A stretch of DNA of 54,619 bases, the filler included, from Squatina squatina (lineage: Eukaryota), in the NCBI GenBank assembly GCA_031763465.1. It is 4 parts of 4 records of this genome, joined end to end, with 100 filler letters (N's around TTAATTAATTAA, not from the genome) between each part and the next. Parts side by side here need not be neighbours in the genome. Positions count along the whole stretch, not along the records: positions 40,956 to 54,619 come from JARFOE010000046.1; 3 more parts are not named here. One strand, given 5' to 3'. A program made the translations under genes and the position numbers. Below the pieces are notes generated by a model. The model was given only the letters and a program-made list of their open reading frames with translations. It did not search any database and was not told the DNA's origin. Positions 47,138 through 54,619 of this stretch are shown here, one piece after another; positions within the stretch are counted from its first letter, which is position 1; the number at the start of each line of letters is the position of its first letter.

Positions 47138-47930
47138 TACAGGGGCAGGTCGAGGTCCCCGGGAGTATGTCAATATCTACAGGGGAGGGGAAACTATCGG
47201 TGGAAGTGAACGCAAAGCTATCTGGGCAGGAGCTGGGAGTCCAAGATGCTGAAAGCAAGACTGCACAGCCTGGGTGCAGGATTGGGGAAAAATAATAATG
47301 AGTTAAGGAAAAGAGAGGGCGAGTGGTAATGTGAAAGAAAATGTTGAACTGAACATTTATTCCCATGACGGGATTAAAAAAATACAGAAGCGAGCGGTTT
47401 GATCGCAGCCTGGCTCATCTTCATTTACTCTGTTGCATACATTTCTTTCATTAATCCTGCGCACCACTGGTGTACAACCTGTTCCCGTGACAGTCCACCT
47501 TATTAAACCCTGGCACCGAACGGTCCCTATAAAGCTGTCAGATGCAGCCCGCTGTGATGCTGCTCCTATGTGAGATGCAGAAACAGTTCACCAACAAGGA
47601 ACCATCTGTTCCAGAGAGGCGTCCCTTCCATTCCCCGCCCCCCCCACCCCGACATCACTGCTCTAACCACGACCCACTGTTTTCTCAATAATAACTACCC
47701 TCTTTTCCTCTAACCATAGATTACGTTGACAAGTTCATCAGTTACAAAGTGAAAGACACAACCTGATAAGAAATTGAACAACTGCTTGGAGCAATTATTT
47801 AGTGAAAATAGCAATATTTGAATAACCCAAAAATGTAGCAACTTTCTGTAATACGCAAAGGTGCGCTTAGATACTAAGAAAGTGGGGGTCAGCAAAACCT
47901 GATGTATCAGTTGTTTACCCCCACCCCCAG

Positions 47931-48106
47931 AGTTTCCTGCTGATGTCATCGAGAAGGGAAGGAACGCTAAGGTCGTTACAGAAGTCACCCAAAATGAAAA
48001 TGATTTTACCTGGTCCCAAATTTATCCAGGGGGAAAAACCATGAAGAACACATTTACCATCGGCAAGGAATCAGAGATGGAAACTATGGATGGCAAGAAA
48101 TTCAAG
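47931..48106 (+). CDS. FABP6: Ileal bile acid-binding protein (gastrotropin), exon 2
   Basis: Acceptor ccacccccag|. Reads [58 protein letters not shown]. Donor AAG|GTGAGC. DFTWSQ is FABP6-typical, and the exon lies between PWWP2A and CCNJL as in human 5q33. Confidence 0.92.
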
Positions 48107-49023
48107 GTGAGCTTGGGAAATGTTTGTGTTGCACAGATAAGGTGGAGCTTGTTTCAGTATTTCACTAATTACAAACATTCATATCTTACGAGCGAACAAA
48201 GCATTGAGAAATAATTTTTTAAATCAACGATGATGCCTAGTGCCTACCTCCTGAGCAGGTGGAAGTGGGCTCGAGTGCCCGGGTCACTGCCACGCCAGCC
48301 GCCTCTGCTTGGGAACGGGTTTGGTCAGAATGTGACTCTGGAAAATAAAGTGAACATTTATAAGTCCATGCTGAGTTAGCTGATCTGAGATGCTGGGGGT
48401 ACGAATATTTGTTCCCCAGCTAAAGGGGAGAAATTTCAGACAAGATTCTCATTCAACAACTCCTGTTAGTCATCTGCAAACATGGGCGTCATGTGAAGTT
48501 AGTACTGAGCTTGGCTGTTATGCGCCCTGTGGTCAAATATTTAATGGCACCCACTGTCTTGGGTCACGCATGAAGAAAGACCATTTGGGTAAGGTAGAAG
48601 AGGATGGGCAATGCCTCTAACAGTGTGCCCCAACACAAGTCATTATCTACAGGAGGGGAGAAACTAGGGAAAATTAATGATCTAGATCTAATATTTATCC
48701 TTTGAGGGCTTCAGCATCGCAATGACACTTTTCTTAGCTTACCCCCCAGATTACTACAAGAGAAGATGCTTTTTGCTGCTACCTTGGAATCCACCTTTCC
48801 AATTCTGTTGTGAACACCACTTCGGTATCTCTCGTCTGAGGGCGAGAAAGTTTTGATGGCTGTGAATCCATCTCTTCTAGCTTAATTTTAGTTAACGTAT
48901 GTTTAAAACACATGGCCTGGTTGTTTCAAATGGGCAGTGCCATTTTTGTTATGAGATTGAATAACAGAATCACAAATACTCAACTCAGTACTGAATCTAT
49001 TTTGATTTTTTTATTAAAATCAG

Positions 49024-49113
49024 GCAACGGTCAAAATGGAAGGAAGTAAACTAGTTTGCGTCTTTCCAAACTATCACCACACTTCAGAGATCTCAGGAGG
49101 AAATCTTGTCGAG
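49024..49113 (+). CDS. FABP6: FABP6 exon 3
   Basis: cag|[30 protein letters not shown]|gtaagt. 90 nt, phase 0 at both ends, in frame with exon 2. Confidence 0.92.
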
Positions 49114-52020
49114 GTAAGTGACTTTTCAGTTCAAAAATGAACTCCAAATGGCAGCNNNNNNNNNNNNNNNNNNNNNNNNNNNNNNNNNNNNNNNNNNNNN
49201 NNNNNNNNNNNNNNNNNNNNNNNNNNNNNNNNNNNNNNNNNNNNNNNNNNNNNNNAGCATCTGCTATTTCCTCTCTGGCTTCCTTCAATAGCCTGGGAAA
49301 CAATCTATCCAGCCCCGGTCTACGAAGTCAATGAACATCATAAACCGGAGATGAATTAAGTGCTCATATTTTAAGGATCCTGACCAGGTCTAACATGATC
49401 ATGAACATTAGCAGAGGACCAAATAGTTTTGTTTCTCATTTAAGGTTCTCAAGACACTCCGACTCAAAGCCACTCTCTATTTTGGCTAATGAAGAATAGT
49501 CAAAAATAATGTTCACCTGCCATGTGTGAAGCTGGTGGCTGTTTCTTTTCTTGTAGCTCCCACTCCCGAGCCACTGGCTTCAGACTGTATAATAGCTTAC
49601 AATTCTGGAGCAGAATTGTTTAGTTGTTTGTCTTCATTGGCTTCGGACTTCAGCCTCCTCTCACTTGAGCAACATTTGTACTGAAGTAGTGGCTTACTTG
49701 TCCCCTCCCTTCCAATAATACAAAAACTCAAGCTCAATTTGCACTTTTCCATATTCAGTCTATTTCAACTTTATGGCTATATGTAATAGATCAAGACTGA
49801 TTTGAAGAAGACAGAACAGAGCCAAATCATCAAGATATCAAAACTGGATATTCCCAGGAATTTGCTTATACCATCTTGTGACTACAGAGACATGGATTTG
49901 AGTGCAAAAAATGAAATGAAAACAGGAATGAATAGACTGGCATTTATTTTAAAAAAGTACACAGTATTTCACATCAGTCACATTTGCTTAAACTTCAATT
50001 AGCCAGGTCTAAGATTTATTTAAATAATATTACTAGCAAATATTAGTGTATCATTCAGCAGGTATTTGACTCTTGCATTACAGTTCTTGAGAATACATGG
50101 ATATTTGGCATACTGTGCCATTAAAGAGGTCCCTTTAAAACAGAACATCTCTGGTCAGGAATAAAATGAGCTAACTTTGTATAGCAGGTCGGAACTACAA
50201 TAATATTTTTGGTCACTAGTTATTTCACTTGGTTTCTCATGGTTTGACAGTATTGTAGCATTTGCAACTTGCTTCACAATTCCTTCATAAATTCACTAGA
50301 ATGCATTTTACATTATCCTGTCTTGTCTAATACAATGTGTATTACCCTACTTCTATTCAGTAAAGAAGTTACTGGTTGCATTATCTATTTAATAGGATGT
50401 GTGTATAACACCACATACATAATACATCCCCATTCATGTGCCCGGGCATCTCAAAGTCTGCATTTGAAAAAATCTCAAGTCAACCAGTCTAATAAATCTT
50501 ATGCAGAAGATTTCCAATCTCCTAAAACACAAGCCACACTATATGTCTTTTATCAGACTCCCCGTCACATAACAGTCCATGCACTGTTAGGAAAACAGAT
50601 TCATGTCTCAACAAAAGATGCTAAGTCCAATTAGAAAATGGCAGTAAGCCTTAAAGTAATTAGGCATCCATTTCTTAAACCTGAAAAAAAAACAATTCAA
50701 TCATCCCTGGCCAATATAATTGTGGAGGTGTAGGGAAGGCAGAGTTCATTTGATACCATACACTTACCCGTGTTGCAGGCAAAAAAGTTCTTCCACAAAT
50801 TCTGCACGGTGTCAGATTACCTTCAGCTGCTCCACCTTCACAAACAGAATGCCAATATTAGAATACAGATTAATGATTACTCGTTTACAGAGGTACACTA
50901 TTGAATGAGCCATTAGTCTTTGATGTATTTGATAGCTGTTGTCAAGGGCTTCCGCCAAATAACACATATCTATGATTTCCAAGATATCAATACCACCTTA
51001 AAAGTTTCAGTGATTTTATTGTCTTTAAATCAAAAAGCCTAGTGAGCCATTGAGCAACATTTGGGTAAACAGATTTACAACTGAAATAAACTTAATGAAG
51101 GAACTAGAGATTGCTGCTTGTACTTCAACAAGTAATCTGCTTGTGGTCAAGTGCAGTGCCAGAATATGATGACCAGATAACTCTCCTTCGCTATGCTTTG
51201 AAGTATCAAATGATGCACAAAATGTTTCTAGATTAAAAAAACATTATCTTCTACTTCCTATTTTTGGACTATTATTTTTGACTATTTGTATTTGCTTGTG
51301 TATGTTCTTTTCATGCAGTTCATGTTGAACTGCAAAGTAATTTCCAATTCCCTTACCAGCCCAATGTACACATGCTTACCTATGTTAAGGTCCTACTTGC
51401 ATTTTATGAACACTTGATTATTTTCATGATTAGATTCCTAGTNNNNNNNNNNNNNNNNNNNNNNNNNNNNNNNNNNNNNNNNNNNNNNNNNNNNNNNNNN
51501 NNNNNNNNNNNNNNNNNNNNNNNNNNNNNNNNNNNNNNNNNNNNNNNNNNNNNNNNNNNNNNNNNNNNNNNNNNNNNNNNNNNNNNNNNNNNNNNNNNNN
51601 NNNNNNNNNNNNNNNNNNNNNNNNNNNNNNNNNNNNNNNNNNNNNNNNNNNNNNNNNNNNNNNNNNNNNNNNNNNNNNNNNNNNNNNNNNNNNNNNNNNN
51701 NNNNNNNNNNNNNNNNNNNNNNNNNNNNNNNNNNNNNNNNNNNNNNNNNNNNNNNNNNNNNNNNNNNNNNNNNNNNNNNNNNNNNNNNNNNNNNNNNNNN
51801 NNNNNNNNNNNNNNNNNNNNNNNNNNNNNNNNNNNNNNNNNNNNNNNNNNNNNNNNNNNNNNNNNNNNNNNNNNNNNNNNNNNNNNNNNNNNNNNNNNNN
51901 NNNNNNNNNNNNNNNNNNNNNNNNNNNNNNNNNNNNNNNNNNNNNNNNNNNNNNNNNNNNNNNNNNNNNNNNNNNNNNNNNNNNNNNNNNNNNNNNNNNN
52001 NNNNNNNNNNNNNNNNNNNN

Positions 52021-52930
52021 AGGAGCTGAAGCACAGGGTAGGAATGGCCGCCCAGAGGATCGTTAAGGGGCTGATTGACAACTAAATTGTCTGCTGGTGC
52101 TCACTGAAGAGGCTGCACAGCATTTTGGTAGGTAACATTTATTTAATGACTTTTCCTAACAGCGACCAGCTGAACAGGAGTAAAGAAGATGTTGCTGAGG
52201 ATTTTGAGTGCTATTTAAAGCCATGCTCAGCTTTCACTGTTCACTTGCTGGTTGAGATTTGGCTGACTGCACTGCATCTGAAGAGGACTTTTGAGACACA
52301 TCGGGAGACTTTGTGGGACACTTTGTCAAGACTTCACAAACACGCTATCAACATTTTTCCCGGATACCCTCTCAGGACATTACCTAAAAAGAGTGAGTGC
52401 TTTTTTGGACACTTTATCGGAGTCACCAGGAGAAAGGGAGTGCTTGGCCATGGGCACGTTGCTCAGGGTCCCTCTTGCTCTGCATGAGGAATGGAGGAGG
52501 AGATGAGGCCAGGTAGAGCAGCACCAGCTGCTGCAGGAGAGAGGGACAGGATGGTCCAGGAGAGCGAGGTGGTCTCCATGCCCCCCTGTGAATACAGGAC
52601 ATCCCTCCTTCTCTGGACCTCTTCCACCAGGACCTCCAGTGGCATGTCCGAGAACCTTCCTCGGTCCCTGAGACAACCTGAAATGTTCTATTGTGTATCA
52701 GTCAACGCACTCCACACCTTCAGTGGAAGTGCGTGCATGGAGGCTTATGTACCGCATCACGAAAATTGCTCCTAATCAGCGCTTGTGTGCTAAACGTTCT
52801 GGTATCTGTTAAAGCACCACCAGGCACCTTTAAACAATGGTAATCACTAACTAGCCCTAAAATCGAGGGTTAAAACCAGACTTTTGGACCGGTGCATCTT
52901 ATCAGCACAGCATACCCACTTAGCAGCTGC
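52021..52930 (-). mobile_element. Decayed Harbinger-type element with Myb/SANT-like remnant
   Basis: RFSDMPLEVLVEEVQRRRDVLY at ~52580-52660 matches the Myb/SANT-like N-terminus at 44431-44601. Boundaries are approximate. Confidence 0.6.
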
Positions 52931-53025
52931 TTTCACCCTTTCCCCAAAATAACCCCACAGTCTTTATGAAGCCATTGCACATTGCTAGCAGGAGAAATGC
53001 ATAGATACTTAAGGCATATTCACAA

Positions 53026-53245
53026 TAGAATCATAGAATTATAGAATCATAGAGCACAGAAGGAGGCCATTCGGCCCATCGTGCCTGTGCCGTCTCTTTG
53101 AAAGAGCGATCCAATTAGTCCCACTCCCCCTGCTCTTCCCCAACAGCACTGCAATTTTTTTTCAAGTAGTTATCCAATTCCCTTTTGAAAGTTATTATTG
53201 AATCTGCTTCCTTTGAGGCAGTGCATGCCAGATCTCAACAACTTT
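53026..53245 (-). mobile_element. CR1 LINE 3' end
   Basis: An (atagaatc)n tail followed by cacagaaggaggccattcggcccatc. Confidence 0.85.
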
Positions 53246-53596
53246 CTGCATTTAATAAAAATTCTCTTCAAAAAAAGTATCTTTTTCTTCTCCAAATCTA
53301 TCAAAATATTTTTATATGGCTTTCTGACATTCCATTGGACTATGTAGTCTCAAAAATGTTCGTACAGAATACCAACTCTGGGGCATTCTCACAGTCTAAA
53401 ATAATTAGCATTTTCCGTCACAAAAATTGTAACAAGAAAAGCTACATGGTAAATGCGCTCTTTTGCATATCCAAAATCAAAAGTTCAATTGGTGTAACAA
53501 ATCACATCTCTTCTGAGAGACAGCTTCCAAGGTCGAAAAGTAGATGGTATTTACCAGATCGGGAGGATGGTGAAAAAAACATTATTGCAATTACTG

Positions 53597-54050
53597 TCAT
53601 CTGTCAAAGCAGCCAGTTGCGTATGTGTGATGTCCACTTAAAAAATTACTACCATAAGCTACGGTGATGCAGTGTCTGGGCTCCGTGGTTATGGCAACCT
53701 GCATAGCAATGGGTCCTTGAACAGGCAGAGCCCTTACCGTGGGCTGCAGGCTGGCCTGCAAAGCTGGGTATGACTGTAGAGTCTAGCTACTGCCGGTACT
53801 TCCTGAGACAATGGCAGCTCGTCGGCCCTGCATGTGGCTCCTATGGGCCTGAACTGAAGCCTGAGGTTGCAAAGGCGAATGGAACTGTACCAGCTGTGAG
53901 GAGTTCTGGGTGAGGTGCTGGTACTGAGCCTGCTGGAACAGGAGCTGTGTTGAGGACTGGTGTTGGTGCTGCTGTTGCACTGTTTGCTGCTGTAGAGATG
54001 GCTGTTGTCCTTTGGTTTTGTTGGCTTCTTTGACATCATTATCATGGGCA
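53597..54050 (-). pseudogene. CCNJL: Cyclin J-like last coding exon with in-frame TAG at 53783-53785
   Basis: Acceptor tgttgtttag|T. Reads AHDNDVKEANK...STQLLFQQAQY...IVSGSTGSS*TLQSYPALQ...AMQVAITTEPRHCITVAYGSNFLSGHHTYATGCFDR*. SGSTGSS, EPRHC and TGCFDR match CCNJL, and the exon is convergent with FABP6 as in human. Confidence 0.8.
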
Positions 54051-54619
54051 CTAAACAACACAAAACACAGTACAGATCAGACAATTTCTAATATAATGCC
54101 CTCTTTAACTTTTACTATATGTGCCACCAAGGCAAGCACAATAATGTCAAGTTTCATTTAAACCCTTGAGTTTAGAACACGGAATTTGATTGCTTCAAAG
54201 ACTTTGCTAATTTAAGGTAGTTTTCAATACTCTTTCGTATCATAGATTTCTTTACAATAGATTGCCAGTTCATTGCAATGAGTGTATTGAACTCTGATAC
54301 AAACAGCTAGTTGAAGGGGCCAAATATTGGAATGACTGCTTCAAAAGTGAAGGAGTGAAGCACAGTACATTACATATAGTTTTCTACGCTATCGGTTCCG
54401 CTACTATCAATAGGCAATTTACACACTTCAAAGACACAGTACATTAACCCTGTAGCCCAGAGTGCCCTAAATCTTTAGTCTCAGGACTCTTCCTACTGTT
54501 GCTAATTCCACTGGATCATTACGTGGGTACCGGAAAAATTACTTGTGGTGATCTGGTATAAAATGCTTTCGCCTAAAGATTACTGAATTTCTACAAAATT
54601 GACAGAGCCAAAGGATTAA

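Noticed and set aside
47520-47640. TATA-like CTATAAAG as the FABP6 promoter and exon 1
   Set aside because: No MAF.GK..-type exon 1 or donor site follows. FABP6 exons 1 and 4 were not found and may lie in gaps.
51372-52085. Long ORFs in the ORF track
   Set aside because: They consist almost entirely of N-gap translation.
53783-53785. Programmed readthrough or recoding of the CCNJL TAG
   Set aside because: The context (TAG ACT) is not a known readthrough motif such as TGA CTAG; a point mutation or base error is simpler.

Overview
Eukaryotic, repeat-rich draft genome sequence from a cartilaginous fish, most likely a shark. The taxon is inferred from the repeat content: CR1/HER1-type LINEs, a Deu-domain SINE, Penelope and Harbinger elements. 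The window is not one locus. Three 100-nt spacers (N44-TTAATTAATTAA-N44) join four unrelated scaffolds. (1) 1-11953 is almost entirely nested transposable elements. (2) 12054-25068 holds CR1, a Penelope RT fragment, Penelope-type ends with hammerhead-like cores and a decayed two-ORF PIF/Harbinger transposon. (3) 25169-40855 holds the last three exons of UPF3A, a CHAMP1-like zinc-finger gene with unusual architecture, and SOWAHC. (4) 40956-54619 holds the PWWP2A-FABP6-CCNJL block, in which PWWP2A is interrupted and CCNJL carries an in-frame stop while the two visible FABP6 exons are intact. There are no prokaryotic features (CRISPR, operons, rRNA, tRNA). I cannot confirm a wholly new biological system. 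The best leads are the apparently decaying PWWP2A/CCNJL copies around an intact FABP6, the divergent CHAMP1 architecture, a UPF3A with a UPF3B-type EJC-binding motif, and the inverted hammerhead-bearing Penelope ends. Gene names come from recalled protein sequences and synteny, not from database searches.
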